Below, one piece after another: positions 11,847 through 25,010 of a stretch of DNA of 64,000 bases (positions are counted from its first letter, which is position 1; the number at the start of each line of letters is the position of its first letter). Both the position numbers and the translations under genes were made by a program. Origin of the DNA: an uncultured Chromatiales bacterium (lineage in GTDB: Bacteria; Pseudomonadota; Gammaproteobacteria; Thiohalospirales; Thiohalospiraceae); contig CAZKYF010000028.1 of NCBI GenBank assembly GCA_964557025.1, positions 2,555 through 66,554 on the forward strand, in the 5' to 3' direction. The notes under the pieces were generated by a model that was not told the DNA's origin, made no database searches, and saw only the letters and a list, made by a program, of their open reading frames with translations.

Positions 11847-13748
11847 ATGACGACGGTAGAAGCACAAAGAGAGACCCTCGGTTTCCAGGCCGAGGCCAAG
11901 CAGCTGCTCAAGCTGATGATCCACTCCCTGTACAGCAACAAGGAGATCTTTCTTCGGGAGCTGATCTCCAATGCGGCTGATGCAGCCGACAAGTTGCGTT
12001 TCGAGGCGCTCAGTGACAGTGCGCTCTATGAGAACGACAGTGAGCTGCAGATTCGTGTCAGCTATGACAAGGATGCAAGGACCATTACGGTGCGGGACAA
12101 CGGAATCGGCATGTCCCGGGACGAGGTGATCGAGAATATCGGTACCATTGCCAAATCGGGTACCCAGCAGTTCCTGGAAAGTCTCACCGGTGATCAGGCG
12201 AAGGATGCCAAGCTGATTGGCCAGTTCGGGGTTGGTTTCTATTCCGCTTTCATCGTCGCCGATCGAGTGATACTCACCACCCGCCGAGCCGGTATGGGGT
12301 CGGAGCATGGGGTGCGTTGGGAGTCCACTGGGGAAGGGGAGTTCACTGTGGAAACGGTGGAGAAGAGAGAGCGCGGAACCGAGATCGTACTCCACCTCCG
12401 GGAGGGGGAAGAGGAATTCCTCGATGGGTTTCGGCTGCGCAACATCATCCACAAGTATTCGGACCATATCGACATTCCCATCTTGATGCCAAAGGAGTCG
12501 GCAGGAGAGGAAAAGGAGGAGGGCTGGGAGCAGGTCAACAAGGCGTCGGCGCTGTGGGCCCGTCCCCGCAATGAGATCAGTGAAGAGGAGTACAAGGCAT
12601 TCTACAAGCATGTGGCCCACGATTTTGAGGATCCATTGACCTGGACACACAACCGCATCGAGGGCAATCTGGAGTACATCTCGCTGCTTTATATTCCCAA
12701 GCGGGCCCCCTTCGATCTCTGGGATCGAGAGCGTCGCCATGGGGTCAAACTCTATGTTCGACGGGTGTTCATTATGGAGGATGCGGAGCAGCTTATGCCG
12801 GCCTATCTCCGCTTTGTGCGAGGCGTAATCGATTCCAACGACCTGCCGCTCAATGTCTCCCGTGAGATCCTTCAGCAAAGCAAGGTGATTGACTCAATCC
12901 GTTCTGGTTCGGTACGCAAGGTACTCGATCTGCTGGACAATCTGGCCAAGAACGAACCAGAAAAATATGCCACTTTCTGGTCCGAGTTCGGACGGGTCAT
13001 GAAGGAGGGGCCGGCAGAGGATTACGCCAATCGGGAGCGGATTGCAAAATTGTTACGCTTTGCTTCCACCCACAACAGCGATGATACCCAGAATGTCACA
13101 CTGGACGATTACGTGGGACGGATGAAGGAGGGGCAGAAATATATCTATTACATCACCGCTGACAGCTACAATGCCGCTCGTCACAGTCCTCACCTGGAGA
13201 TCTTCCGCAAAAAAGGAATCGAGGTGTTGTTGCTTTTCGATCGAGTGGACGAATGGCTGGTCTCGGCGCTCACTGAATTTGATGGCAAACCCCTTAAATC
13301 TATCGCCAAGGGTGAACTGGATCTGGGAGATCTGGAAGATGCCGAGGAGAAGAAACAGCAGAAGAAGGTCGCCAAGGAGTTCAAGGATCTACTGAAGCGG
13401 GTGAGTAAGGCACTGGGAGACCGGGTCAAGGAAGTACGTCTGACCCATCGCTTGACCGATTCTCCAGCCTGCTTGGTGAGTGATCTCTATGATATGGGTA
13501 CCCATCTTGAACGGATTCTCAAGGAGGCTGGGCAGGAGGTTGGTGGCAGCAAACCTATCTTGGAGTTGAATCCGGACCATCCGCTGGTGCTCAGGCTGCG
13601 TGAAGAGCCGTCTGGCAAACGTTTCGATGATTGGGTGGAAGTGTTGTTTGACCAGGCGGTGCTGGCCGAAGGGGGGCAGCTGGACGACCCGGCTACCTTT
13701 GTGGCACGGCTCAATGCCTTGCTGCTTGAGCTGGGCAAGGATTCCTGA
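11847..13748 (+). CDS. htpG: molecular chaperone HtpG (Hsp90)
   Basis: [37 protein letters not shown] and [11 protein letters not shown]. 633 aa. Confidence 0.97.
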   Translation: MTTVEAQRETLGFQAEAKQLLKLMIHSLYSNKEIFLRELISNAADAADKLRFEALSDSALYENDSELQIRVSYDKDARTITVRDNGIGMSRDEVIENIGTIAKSGTQQFLESLTGDQAKDAKLIGQFGVGFYSAFIVADRVILTTRRAGMGSEHGVRWESTGEGEFTVETVEKRERGTEIVLHLREGEEEFLDGFRLRNIIHKYSDHIDIPILMPKESAGEEKEEGWEQVNKASALWARPRNEISEEEYKAFYKHVAHDFEDPLTWTHNRIEGNLEYISLLYIPKRAPFDLWDRERRHGVKLYVRRVFIMEDAEQLMPAYLRFVRGVIDSNDLPLNVSREILQQSKVIDSIRSGSVRKVLDLLDNLAKNEPEKYATFWSEFGRVMKEGPAEDYANRERIAKLLRFASTHNSDDTQNVTLDDYVGRMKEGQKYIYYITADSYNAARHSPHLEIFRKKGIEVLLLFDRVDEWLVSALTEFDGKPLKSIAKGELDLGDLEDAEEKKQQKKVAKEFKDLLKRVSKALGDRVKEVRLTHRLTDSPACLVSDLYDMGTHLERILKEAGQEVGGSKPILELNPDHPLVLRLREEPSGKRFDDWVEVLFDQAVLAEGGQLDDPATFVARLNALLLELGKDS

Positions 13749-13760
13749 ATCAATGGGCAA

Positions 13761-13777
13761 GGAGGCCAGTGGCCTCC
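13761..13777 (+). terminator. hairpin just after the htpG stop (no U-tract)
   Basis: ggaggcc-agt-ggcctcc is a perfect 7-bp stem 13 nt after the stop. With no T-run, terminator function is uncertain. Confidence 0.3.
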
Positions 13778-13889
13778 GCATGCTGTGCAGAACCTGCCAA
13801 ATGGCAAGGGGGAATGCTGTTTTACTGGTATAAACCGCCGGAGCGGGATAGGATACGGTTGAGCGGTTGACCTGAGGGACGGAGCAATC

Positions 13890-14183
13890 ATGAAACGCAT
13901 CATATTTCTTTTGTTTTTTCTGGTCGTACTGGTTATCGGCTTGAGTTTTGCCGTGATCAACCTCGAGCCGGTGAAGGTGAACTACTATCTGGGTAGCGTG
14001 GAGATGCCGTTGGCATTGTTGATCGTGTTATCCATTGCAGTGGGTGGTCTTCTCGGCGTTCTGGCGACCATGGGTAAAATCGTGGGTGCAAAAGGGGAGG
14101 CGGTGCGTCTGCGCAGAACCCTCCATGACGCCCAGAAGCAGCTTGAAAACCTGCGCACTGCGGAGTCGGCCAGCAAGGGCTGA
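13890..14183 (+). CDS. lapA: lipopolysaccharide assembly protein LapA (YciS)
   Basis: 97 aa with two TM helices (MKRIIFLLFFLVVLVIGLSFAV..., LALLIVLSIAVGGLLGVL) and a basic/coiled tail. It sits immediately upstream of lapB, as in enterobacteria. Confidence 0.8.
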   Translation: MKRIIFLLFFLVVLVIGLSFAVINLEPVKVNYYLGSVEMPLALLIVLSIAVGGLLGVLATMGKIVGAKGEAVRLRRTLHDAQKQLENLRTAESASKG

Positions 14184-14184
14184 A

Positions 14185-15396
14185 ATGGGTGCTGAAACCC
14201 TTCTCTTTCTCCTGCTCCCGGTGGCGGCCGCCTCCGGATGGTGGCTTGCGTACCGCCACCAGCGTCTTTCCGGTGAGGGAGAGGAGTGTCGGCGACTTCC
14301 GCCCGACTATGTCCGCGGCTTGAGTTATTTGCTCGATGACCAGCATGACAAGGCTATCGATATCTTCATCCGCATGTTGGAGGAGGATAGTGAAACTATT
14401 GAGCTACATCTGGCCGTGGGCAGCCTATTCCGTAATCGGGGAGAGGTGGATCGGGCCATCCGTATCCATCAAAATCTGGTGGATCGAACCACCCTCAGCG
14501 ATGAGCAGCGTATCCGGGCGTTATTCGAGCTGGGAGAGGATTATATGCGCGCCGGCCTGCTCGACGGAGCCGAGAATCTGTTTCAGGAGCTGGTGAAAAA
14601 AGGGGAATATCTGACCGACTCCTTGCGTCATCTAATCGATATCTATCAGCAGGAAAAGGATTGGCAGAAGGCTATCGATGCTGGCTTCAAACTGGAGCAG
14701 TGCGGTGTGGAAGATATCCGTCCTACTATTGCCCAGCACTACTGTGAGTTGACCGAGGAGGCCCGGAAGAAGGGGGATCTCAAGCAGGCCCAACAGATGC
14801 TTAAGCAGGCCCGCATTGCTTGGCCTGCTTGCGTTCGTGCCAGTCTCATCGAAGGGATGATGGCGATGGAGGAGGGGCATTATGAGGTGGCGGTGGCTGC
14901 CTTCCTGCGTGTGGAGGAGCAAGATGCCGACTATCTTCCAGAGGTGATTCCGGCGCTGCGGGAATGCTATCGGAAACTAGACCGCCCGGAAGAGATGCGA
15001 GGCTATTTGCAGAGGGTGGTGCATCGCCATGGTAGCCTCGGTATCATGCTGGCACTGGCGGAGATCATCTGCGACCAGGAAGGGGGGCGGCAGGCTGCCG
15101 ACGCATTGTTGGGTTATCTGCATCAACACCCTTCGCTCAGGGGGCTGGATCGCTTTTGTGAAATGGTTTCCCGGTGTGACGATCTGTGCGACGATGCGGT
15201 GCTTGCTGGTATCAACAATATCGTCAGGCGACTGGTGGAAGGGGATCCTGACTATCTATGCCATAATTGCGGATTCCAGGGCAAGGTGTTGCACTGGCAG
15301 TGTCCTAGCTGCAAGCGGTGGGGCGTGGTCAAGCCGCTGCACGGTATCAAACAGGAGCCGCAGCCGGATAGAATTCTCTCTTTGGCGGTCTCCTGA
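14185..15396 (+). CDS. lapB: lipopolysaccharide assembly protein LapB (YciM), TPR + rubredoxin-type zinc finger
   Basis: I trimmed the track ORF (14035) to ATG 14185, 1 nt after the lapA stop. It has an N-terminal TM LLFLLLPVAAASGWWLAY, TPR repeats, and C-terminal CHNCGFQGKVLHWQCPSCKRWG. Confidence 0.9.
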   Translation: MGAETLLFLLLPVAAASGWWLAYRHQRLSGEGEECRRLPPDYVRGLSYLLDDQHDKAIDIFIRMLEEDSETIELHLAVGSLFRNRGEVDRAIRIHQNLVDRTTLSDEQRIRALFELGEDYMRAGLLDGAENLFQELVKKGEYLTDSLRHLIDIYQQEKDWQKAIDAGFKLEQCGVEDIRPTIAQHYCELTEEARKKGDLKQAQQMLKQARIAWPACVRASLIEGMMAMEEGHYEVAVAAFLRVEEQDADYLPEVIPALRECYRKLDRPEEMRGYLQRVVHRHGSLGIMLALAEIICDQEGGRQAADALLGYLHQHPSLRGLDRFCEMVSRCDDLCDDAVLAGINNIVRRLVEGDPDYLCHNCGFQGKVLHWQCPSCKRWGVVKPLHGIKQEPQPDRILSLAVS

Positions 15397-15402
15397 GCGG
15401 CC

Positions 15403-16116
15403 ATGGCGCATGTCCCCTTTGCCTCACCCCATGTGATCGTCGCGCTGGACTATCCCGATCCACATCAGGCGCTACAGTTTGCATGGCAGCTGGATCCGAC
15501 CCGTTGCCGGTTGAAAGTGGGTAAGGAGCTGTTTACCCGTGGTGGCACGGCGGTAGTGGAACGGCTTGTCGCTGCCGGCTATTCTCTATTTCTCGACCTC
15601 AAGTTTCATGACATTCCCAATACGGTGGCAGCGGCCTGCCGGGCAGCAGCGGATCTTGGGGTGTGGATGGTCAATGTCCATGCCTTGGGAGGGAGGCGGA
15701 TGATGGAGGCGGCCCGAGAGGCGCTAGAAGGAGGCCGCCAACGACCACTGCTGACGGCGGTGACTCTTCTTACCAGCATGGGGGAACGGGATGTCCGCGA
15801 GATCGGACTGGTTGGCTCGCCACAGGACAACGTGATCCGACTGGCGGCTTTGGCCCGGGAATCCGGCGTGGATGGAGTAGTTTGTTCACCTCGGGAGGCG
15901 GCTGAGTTGCGGCGGCGCAACGGCGCCGGTTTTTGTTTGGTGACGCCGGGGGTGCGCCCCGAATGGGCGGCAAAAGGGGACCAGATCCGAACGCTCACAC
16001 CTGCCGATGCGCGCAGGGCAGGGGCCGATTATCTGGTGATCGGCCGACCGGTGACCCGGGCGGCAAATCCGTTGCAGGCGCTGGCTCGTATAGAATCTGA
16101 GCTTGACGATCTGTGA
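15403..16116 (+). CDS. pyrF: orotidine 5'-phosphate decarboxylase
   Basis: VIVALDYPD and [10 protein letters not shown] are catalytic motifs. The lapB-pyrF linkage is conserved. Confidence 0.93.
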   Translation: MAHVPFASPHVIVALDYPDPHQALQFAWQLDPTRCRLKVGKELFTRGGTAVVERLVAAGYSLFLDLKFHDIPNTVAAACRAAADLGVWMVNVHALGGRRMMEAAREALEGGRQRPLLTAVTLLTSMGERDVREIGLVGSPQDNVIRLAALARESGVDGVVCSPREAAELRRRNGAGFCLVTPGVRPEWAAKGDQIRTLTPADARRAGADYLVIGRPVTRAANPLQALARIESELDDL

Positions 16117-16138
16117 GCACGTAACGGGGGTTGCCCGA

Positions 16139-18111
<1,973 letters not shown>

Positions 18112-18170
18112 TTAACCTGCCAGCGGGCGATTTTACAGGAAGATGGGCTGACATGAGAAGAAACGGATAA

Positions 18171-20030
18171 ATGAACAAGAGGGGGACTTTGATGATGGTG
18201 ATGACAGGGACCACTGCTGTGGTGGTGGCCGGGCTGCTGCTGGCCGGTGCGGGTGAAAGCAGGAAGATGACGGGGGCAGGGGAAATGGCCCCGGCCTATG
18301 AAATCCGGGCGGTGGACGGGATGACCCGTGTCGATCGACAGGGGGATTACAGAGGGCAGCGGGAGGTGCGCCTCCGAGCCGCGCGCAACGAGACTGAACC
18401 ATTTCAGGTGGTAGTTTCCGCCCGTCGTGCACCTTTGAAAGTGCTGGACGTGGATCTGACCGATTTGGTTGGACCCAAGGGCAAGCGGATCACCGATGCC
18501 GTACTCTATCGCGCTCACTACGTACCGGTTACCAAACCCTCTCCATTATCCCAGTTTGCGCCTCGGGATTATCCGGATGCGTTAATCCCATTCCGGGATC
18601 CGGTGACCGGACGGGCCTTGAAAGGGGCGAAGTATGACGCCGTACCCTATACCGTGCCGAAAGGGGAGAATCAGCCTTTTTGGGTGGATGTGCGGGTGCC
18701 AAAAGGGGTGCCTGCAGGGGAGTATCGCGGCCGTGTCGTGGTTACTGCAGAGGGAGGATTGCGTGCCGAGCTGCCCGTTACCTTGACGGTATGGGATTTC
18801 ACCCTGCCGGATGTTCCTGCTATGGGCTCGGATTTCGGACTGAACAGTACCCGAGTGGCGGAGATCTACGGATTGGACCCTGAGCGCGATGCGCGCCGTG
18901 TTAACCCATTGATCCGGAAGTACTATGATTTGCTATTCGATCACCTGCTCTCTCCCGCTTTTCTGTTCGATACCCGACCCAACGTAGACCTGGTGACCGG
19001 ACGTCCCGATTTCGGAGCTTTCTATCCAGGACTCGGTACCGCAGCCCAAGGGTTGGAGTACTATATGAATCGCAAACACGCTGCCAGTTACAGTTACCTT
19101 TTTTGGGAACATTCTCCCTTTCAAGAGCCCCTCGGCCGGGATCGGCAGCGAATGATGAATTTCCTTGTCGAGTATGTGAAATATCTGAAGCGGCGCGGCT
19201 GGAGCGATCGGGCACATATGCCTTACGGCTTTCTCGACGAGCCTTCCAGCAAAGAGGCCTATGGGAAGATTCGTGCTTGGGGCAGACTCTTCAATGAGGT
19301 GGAGAAACGGGCTGGAACCCGTGCGCCCCTGATGATCACCGAGCAGCCTGAGCCGGAAGAGACCGAATGGGGGTCTCTAGACGGGTATGTGGATATCTGG
19401 GTACCAGAGTTCAATGCCATCTGGTTGGACGAATACTATGAACAGGGTGCTATCGAGCGGCAATTGAAGGCGGGCAATCAGGTATGGAGCTATGCGGCAC
19501 TGGCCTATGTTCCGTCTGAATGGCACCGCGCTCACCCTTTTAGCCGTACCTTGGTGGATTCCCATCCGCCCAAGTGGCTGATCGATTATGCTCCCATTAA
19601 CTTTCGGATCCCGGCGTGGCTGAATGCCCTTTCTGGTATTACGGGGCTGCTCTATTGGGACACCATCTGGTGGGCAGAGGGTGTAGATGTGTGGCAGGAT
19701 GCCGGTACCTATCGCCATGAGGACAGGAACGATCCTGATAGCTGGGGTACCATCCTCAATGGCGAGGGCTTTCTTATTTACCCGGGATACCGTGCCCAGA
19801 TTGGATTCGACGGGCCGGTGCCTTCCATCCGCCTGAAGTGGTTTCGTGAGGCGGTGGAGGATTACGCCTATATTCAGGCGCTGCGGGATGCTGGGGAATG
19901 GGATTTTGCGCGCCGCCAGATCCGACGTTTTGCCCGTGGGGTGGGGGACTGGGATGACGACATGGACATGCTGTACGAGGCGAGGCGCAAGATGGGGGAG
20001 CGGCTCTCAGCGCTCCAGGGTAAAAAGTAG
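18171..20030 (+). CDS. secreted protein, DUF4091 / glycoside-hydrolase-like family (function unknown)
   Basis: Signal-like N-terminus MMVMTGTTAVVVAGLLLAGAG. NETEPFQVVVSA and VTLTVWDFTLPD resemble DUF4091-type proteins as I recall them. The 3' end overlaps tamB convergently by 24 nt. Confidence 0.7.
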   Translation: MNKRGTLMMVMTGTTAVVVAGLLLAGAGESRKMTGAGEMAPAYEIRAVDGMTRVDRQGDYRGQREVRLRAARNETEPFQVVVSARRAPLKVLDVDLTDLVGPKGKRITDAVLYRAHYVPVTKPSPLSQFAPRDYPDALIPFRDPVTGRALKGAKYDAVPYTVPKGENQPFWVDVRVPKGVPAGEYRGRVVVTAEGGLRAELPVTLTVWDFTLPDVPAMGSDFGLNSTRVAEIYGLDPERDARRVNPLIRKYYDLLFDHLLSPAFLFDTRPNVDLVTGRPDFGAFYPGLGTAAQGLEYYMNRKHAASYSYLFWEHSPFQEPLGRDRQRMMNFLVEYVKYLKRRGWSDRAHMPYGFLDEPSSKEAYGKIRAWGRLFNEVEKRAGTRAPLMITEQPEPEETEWGSLDGYVDIWVPEFNAIWLDEYYEQGAIERQLKAGNQVWSYAALAYVPSEWHRAHPFSRTLVDSHPPKWLIDYAPINFRIPAWLNALSGITGLLYWDTIWWAEGVDVWQDAGTYRHEDRNDPDSWGTILNGEGFLIYPGYRAQIGFDGPVPSIRLKWFREAVEDYAYIQALRDAGEWDFARRQIRRFARGVGDWDDDMDMLYEARRKMGERLSALQGKK

Positions 20031-23000
20031 ATCGATACCGCTATGCTGGCCCGACTCGCTTTCCAGGATCCAGTTCTTGTTGAGCTCGTACCGGGCGCGC
20101 AGGATGTTACCTCCTTCAGTGAGGCCGATCACGTATTGAACATAGAGGCGGGGTGAGAGGTATTTGCCGAGTACCAGGGAAGCGGCATCTTCACCGCTCC
20201 CTGACTCGATGCTTACCTCTTCAATGTCCAACTCTTTACCTAGCCGCTTGGCCAACCAGGTGCCGCCTGCCAGTTGCAGTGAGCGAGCAGCCTGGCTCAC
20301 TCGATCCCCTTCGCTGGTGGTTGCTTCGCGTAGCGGCTTGCCGATGAGAAGGTAGGCGAGGATGTCGCTGTCGTCCATCGGTGGAGTGGAAAAAAGCTGC
20401 AACTCCGGTTGTTTGAGCCGCCCGAACACCAGGATTCCTGCTTCCACGCCCCGTTGCCGACGTACCACCCGGAATTGCAGGCCAGGGTTGGTGAGTGGGC
20501 TGGCAGCATACAGCAGGCGTCCCTCATCGATATTCAGCTTCTGGCCATAAACTTTGTAGCTTCCGTCGTGGATCTCCAGCTCTCCCTGTGCAATGGCAGG
20601 CCGGTTTGGGGCTTCGATGATAGCCAGTTGTCCGCTGATACGGCCCTCGAAACCATGCCCGCTGACTTTGACTTTCTTGCCAAGCTTCAACGCGAGAGTG
20701 GTGGCAATACGCCATCGTTTTTGTGGTGTCTTCCCCTCCTCTCCGATGATCACGACGTCCGGGGAGACCGGGACCAACCCCTGTTTTTCCGGGAGCTGGA
20801 GCTTTGCCCTCGGAATCTCGAGGTACCCTGAGAGCTGGATTACACCAGGTTGAAGCTGGACCTTCAGGTTCGGTGAGGCGATCACCTTCGCTTCAGGGAT
20901 CCGGGCTACCTCCACCTCCTCACCTTTGATGGTGATCCATCCCTTCCAGTGGCTCGGGGAAACGAAGTCCAGTTCGCCGGCGAGGGCGAGAGAACCCGAG
21001 CCCGAGCGAGCGCCGCCAGTGACCGAGAGCCGGCTGCCGTGCAGGGTTCTGGCCAGCAATCTGACCTCGCGCAGGGTGATGCCCAGATCCGGCAGCATGA
21101 GAGAGCCGTCATCCAAACGGATCAGACCGTCGAGCCGAGGGGCGCCGAGGCGGCCTCCGAAAGTGATCTCCCCGCTCAGGTTGCCTGTTGGGTGCTGGAT
21201 GCGAGGGGTGAGTAGCGCCAGCAGGGTAAGGTCGTTGAAGTGCAGGGTCAGGGCTCCGTTTACAGCTTGTTCCTGGCTCAAGGCCTCGGCGAGCGTCCAG
21301 CCTGGAAGTTGCCAGGCGCCATGTGCCCGACCCGTTTTCCGCAGATCCACGTTCAATGTCGCCGTTAGTGCCTCAGGTTGCTTTTCCACCACCAGTGCTA
21401 TTTCCCGATAGGCTACGTCGTAGCGCTCCTCGTCGGGTATGCGGTAGCTGACGCTGCCGTCATGTATGCGAAGTGTGAGACGGCTACCCTCTATTCCGCC
21501 TTTTCGGTAAAGGAGCCGGGCCTCTCCTTCGGCCACTCCGGTGAACGAGAGATCTTCTCGAGGCAGCCAGGGACGCAGCCACGCCAGCCGAAGCTTTTTC
21601 AAAGAGAGATCACCCTGCCATCCTTCCCCTGTGCGTTTCCCTTCCAGGCAGAGATGGGCATCTTTATGTTGCCAGCACCAGGGAGAGAGGAAGGTGGTGT
21701 TCCTGCCAATCTCCAGCCGGGTGGCCTCGCGCTGGCGCCATCGTTGTTTCGGTAGAGCGAGCTCTCCTTTCTTCAGCGTTCCCCGCCAGATACCCCCCTC
21801 CAGCTTCCCAAGAATCTCGCTGTGCAGCCAGGTGGTATTGTCCCGTTCGATGTGCAAGTGAAGCCGGTGGCCATGAGTGAATCCGTCCCCGATGAGGGAG
21901 ACACGGCGGAGCTGCTCTTTTCCCAGAGTCAAACCCTCGATCCCTGCCTCCAGCCGCCACGGCTTTTTTTCCTCCAGACCCAGTTCGGTATCGATGCGGA
22001 TCCGGCGTGCAAGGTGGTTCTTCCAGCGGATCGCCTCTCCATCTAGCACCACTTGGAAAGCAGGGAGCCGACGAGGTCCGGTGATGTGGCCGGAGGCCTT
22101 GACGGAGCCTGCCAGATCCGGCCAGAGATGGGCGAGCTCAGGAGCTGTAAGTTCCCAATTGGCGTTCCAGCGTTTTCCCAGGGTGCCAGATGCGGTAAAG
22201 CGGGCACTGCCGGAAGTCAGTCGTACCTGTTCCAGCTGCAACAGGTTCTCTGTAAAAAGGAAGCGGCCGCTGGCGGCGACTGGGTAACCTCGGATTTTGC
22301 CTGAAAGCTGTTTCAACTCCATCTCAATGTGGTCGGCCCTTCCCTTGCCATCGAGCTGTAGGTCGATGCGACCTCCGGGCCACTTCTCCCAGCCCCGGAC
22401 GGGGTCAATCCCTTCCGCCGAAAGAGCAGCCTGCCAAGTGAAGGAAGGTCGCCACGTCAGTCGACCAGTTCCCTGCCAGAGACCATCCAGCCAATGGGCT
22501 TGCAATTTTCCGATGTGCAGTTCCGAAAGATTGCCGGTTCCATTTAGTTCTAGCACGGCCGGAGAAAACCTGTCGGAAGGGAGCCGGGAATGGATCTCGA
22601 ACTGGTATTTTTCGGGTATCCCTTCGATTCGCAGTTCTCCAGAGGCCGTGAAGGGGGAGCTGGGAGGAGCGTTCCAGTGCCATCGAGAGGAGAGACTGAA
22701 GCGTAGAGCCGCACTGGTCTCTAACCGTCCTGTAGCCTCCGCGGCGCCTTGGGGAGCGGTGATTACAAGCTGCTGGATGGTCAAGGTGGTGTTATGTAGC
22801 TCGCCCTGGAAACCGATCTCCTGGAGAATCACCGGTTTGCTTCCTTCCTGCTGGAAACGAAGATCGCGGACCGTCGCTGTTTCCAGTCGGATGGGGAGTG
22901 GGGAGGAGAATCCTTGGAACGACCGTTGTGGTTCGTTCATCTTTTTTTCTCTCCGGAGGATTTGCAATATCTCCGCTTCTAGGGAGTCTAGCTGGAGTAT

Positions 23001-23267
23001 GCCTTGCAGCAACGACGCGGGTTGCCACCGGAGACGAAGTTGCTTCAAGGTGAGAGTGGTGTGTGAGTCCCGGTAGCGGATGTTATATAGCCGAATCTCA
23101 TCAAGCCACCGGCCCCGAGCGGAAGTGATGGTCAGACGACCGTCACTGAACGATTCCAGCTGGCGGATTGACCATTGCAGGCCGCTCTCGGTCCCCAGCA
23201 GCAATCCTGCGGCGAGGCTGGTGGAGAAGAGCAGGAAAACGGGTAGCCAGAGGAGTCTGCGCATCAC
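20007..23267 (-). CDS. tamB: translocation and assembly module inner-membrane subunit TamB
   Basis: 1086 aa with N-terminal signal-anchor RRLLWLPVFLLFSTSLAAGLLLG, a long beta-rich body, and a DUF490-type C-terminus ...RARYELNKNWILESESGQHSGIDLLFTLER. GTG/ATG start overlaps the tamA stop. Confidence 0.9.
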   Translation of the reverse strand: MMRRLLWLPVFLLFSTSLAAGLLLGTESGLQWSIRQLESFSDGRLTITSARGRWLDEIRLYNIRYRDSHTTLTLKQLRLRWQPASLLQGILQLDSLEAEILQILRREKKMNEPQRSFQGFSSPLPIRLETATVRDLRFQQEGSKPVILQEIGFQGELHNTTLTIQQLVITAPQGAAEATGRLETSAALRFSLSSRWHWNAPPSSPFTASGELRIEGIPEKYQFEIHSRLPSDRFSPAVLELNGTGNLSELHIGKLQAHWLDGLWQGTGRLTWRPSFTWQAALSAEGIDPVRGWEKWPGGRIDLQLDGKGRADHIEMELKQLSGKIRGYPVAASGRFLFTENLLQLEQVRLTSGSARFTASGTLGKRWNANWELTAPELAHLWPDLAGSVKASGHITGPRRLPAFQVVLDGEAIRWKNHLARRIRIDTELGLEEKKPWRLEAGIEGLTLGKEQLRRVSLIGDGFTHGHRLHLHIERDNTTWLHSEILGKLEGGIWRGTLKKGELALPKQRWRQREATRLEIGRNTTFLSPWCWQHKDAHLCLEGKRTGEGWQGDLSLKKLRLAWLRPWLPREDLSFTGVAEGEARLLYRKGGIEGSRLTLRIHDGSVSYRIPDEERYDVAYREIALVVEKQPEALTATLNVDLRKTGRAHGAWQLPGWTLAEALSQEQAVNGALTLHFNDLTLLALLTPRIQHPTGNLSGEITFGGRLGAPRLDGLIRLDDGSLMLPDLGITLREVRLLARTLHGSRLSVTGGARSGSGSLALAGELDFVSPSHWKGWITIKGEEVEVARIPEAKVIASPNLKVQLQPGVIQLSGYLEIPRAKLQLPEKQGLVPVSPDVVIIGEEGKTPQKRWRIATTLALKLGKKVKVSGHGFEGRISGQLAIIEAPNRPAIAQGELEIHDGSYKVYGQKLNIDEGRLLYAASPLTNPGLQFRVVRRQRGVEAGILVFGRLKQPELQLFSTPPMDDSDILAYLLIGKPLREATTSEGDRVSQAARSLQLAGGTWLAKRLGKELDIEEVSIESGSGEDAASLVLGKYLSPRLYVQYVIGLTEGGNILRARYELNKNWILESESGQHSGIDLLFTLER

Positions 23268-25006
23268 ATGTCCGGTCCGATGCTGAGATGAATCCGCCAG
23301 GGACGATCCGGTTCAAGGAAAGCGGAGGCCAAATCAAGACGCAGGGTTCCCACTGGCAGGAACCAGTGTAATCCCAATCCGGCACTCTGTTTGAGTGTGA
23401 TTTCATTGAAGGAGTCGAAAGCATTGCCGGTGTCAAAAAAGACGGCAATGGCGAAGTTTCTGGCAAAAGGGAACTCGTATTCCACGCTGCCGGTCAGCAA
23501 ATGTTTACCACCAAGTACCCGGCCCTGCTCGTCGGTGGGCCCCAAGGATGCATAGCGATATCCGCGGACGCTACGATCACCACCGGTGAAGAAACGCTGG
23601 GAGGCGGGGAGCTCAGCCAGTTCCGCCAACCAGCTCACACCGATCTCAGCGCGAGAGATGAGCCGTCCCCACTCGCCAAAGGCATGGATGAAACCGGTAC
23701 CGAAACGGGTCTGGATGAAGCTGGTGTTGGAGAGTAACAATTCCGATGCCCCCTTCAGGGTGGCGCTGGCATGCCAGCCCCGTTTGGTATGAATGCGGTT
23801 ATCGGCTTCTACATACTGCAGGGTGATCAGTGGAATGAGCAGGGCGGAATAGTCCGATGCACCAGCCACTTGGTAATCCTCAATTTCATAGGTGATAGCG
23901 ATGGTACGCTGCAGATGGCGCAACTTGTGGTTGGCACTAATTCCAATCTTGCGGGTTTTGCGACGGCTGGTATCAGTTTGTTCATTGATCGAGGCAGCAA
24001 TCAGCTCAGCGTAATCGCTCTGTGGCCGTTCCAGGGGAATGCGATATCGGGCGGTGGCTTCCTGACGGATCTCGGAGATCCGCACATCGCCGCTGATCTT
24101 GTAGCCCAGGTAGTTGTGATAGCGTCGTTCGATGCCAAAACTGATCCGGGGGCCGGTATCTGTTCCATACCCCAGGCCAGTGGTGTAGCGGGTGGGTTTG
24201 CGAGGTTCCAGTGCCACTTCAATGGGGATCTGTCGATCGTGCGCTTGTTCCGGCAATGGCTGAACTTCTACCCGCTGGTAGTAACCGCTGTTGCTCAGTG
24301 AGCGTTGCAGCTCGAGCAGCTTGTCAGCGTCGTAGGGGTCTCCCGGCTGGAAAGGGAGATAGCGGCGCAGCAAGGATTCCTTGAGGATATCCTGCTGGAA
24401 GGTGACCTGGCCGAACCGGTAGCGGGGACCCGTGTCCACCTCCAACCGCAGGGTTGCGGTGTAACGATTCAGATCCACCCTGATCTCGTGTTGCTCCAGT
24501 TTGTATTCCAGATATCCCCGATCCTGCAACAATTGCAACAACGCCTGTTTGGCACTTTCGTAATCCGGGTGGCGTAGCACCTTTCCTTCACGCAATGGGA
24601 ATCGTTTCCGCCACCGCTGCAGCATACGGTCGGTTGCACCTTCGCCACGGATCGCAACAGTTACTTTGGAGAGACGCACGGGGGGACCGGGTTGGATCCG
24701 GTACCTTGCTTTCCAAATCCCGCCTTCGTGGACGAGATGGGCAACGATTTTCGGTTTGTAATAGCCGAACGGCTGGAGAGCGGTGCGGATCTCACGTTCG
24801 GCCCGCCGGTGCAGGCGGAAGATGGTCGCTTCGTCCAGTGGTGTCTTGTCGGCCAATCGTTGCTGCAAGGTGAGGTTGGCGTAAATGTTGGTCTTGAGCT
24901 CTCCTTTGACTCCCTTCACCGAGATCTCCAGTTTCGGGGCTGCCGTTCCTGCCAGGGAACCGCTCGACGACAACAACAACAGGCCGATGAGCAGCAGCCG
25001 CCTCAT
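23264..25006 (-). CDS. tamA: translocation and assembly module outer-membrane subunit TamA (Omp85 family)
   Basis: I trimmed to ATG 25006 (MRRLLLIGLLLLSSSGSLAGTA signal peptide). POTRA-like repeats are followed by an Omp85 barrel, directly upstream of tamB. Confidence 0.9.
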   Translation of the reverse strand: MRRLLLIGLLLLSSSGSLAGTAAPKLEISVKGVKGELKTNIYANLTLQQRLADKTPLDEATIFRLHRRAEREIRTALQPFGYYKPKIVAHLVHEGGIWKARYRIQPGPPVRLSKVTVAIRGEGATDRMLQRWRKRFPLREGKVLRHPDYESAKQALLQLLQDRGYLEYKLEQHEIRVDLNRYTATLRLEVDTGPRYRFGQVTFQQDILKESLLRRYLPFQPGDPYDADKLLELQRSLSNSGYYQRVEVQPLPEQAHDRQIPIEVALEPRKPTRYTTGLGYGTDTGPRISFGIERRYHNYLGYKISGDVRISEIRQEATARYRIPLERPQSDYAELIAASINEQTDTSRRKTRKIGISANHKLRHLQRTIAITYEIEDYQVAGASDYSALLIPLITLQYVEADNRIHTKRGWHASATLKGASELLLSNTSFIQTRFGTGFIHAFGEWGRLISRAEIGVSWLAELAELPASQRFFTGGDRSVRGYRYASLGPTDEQGRVLGGKHLLTGSVEYEFPFARNFAIAVFFDTGNAFDSFNEITLKQSAGLGLHWFLPVGTLRLDLASAFLEPDRPWRIHLSIGPDM

Positions 25007-25010
25007 GGGG

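Noticed and set aside
14035-14184. N-terminal extensions of track ORFs (for example lapB from 14035, maf to 16954, tamA to 25081, dapC to 29557, MFP from 41162, zinc-ribbon to 53092, ftsH to 55070, S8 to 58680)
   Set aside because: Each extension overlaps the upstream gene or is low-complexity. Each has an internal ATG/GTG with a signal peptide, lipobox, SD or homolog-consistent N-terminus. The coordinates given are one example of this class.
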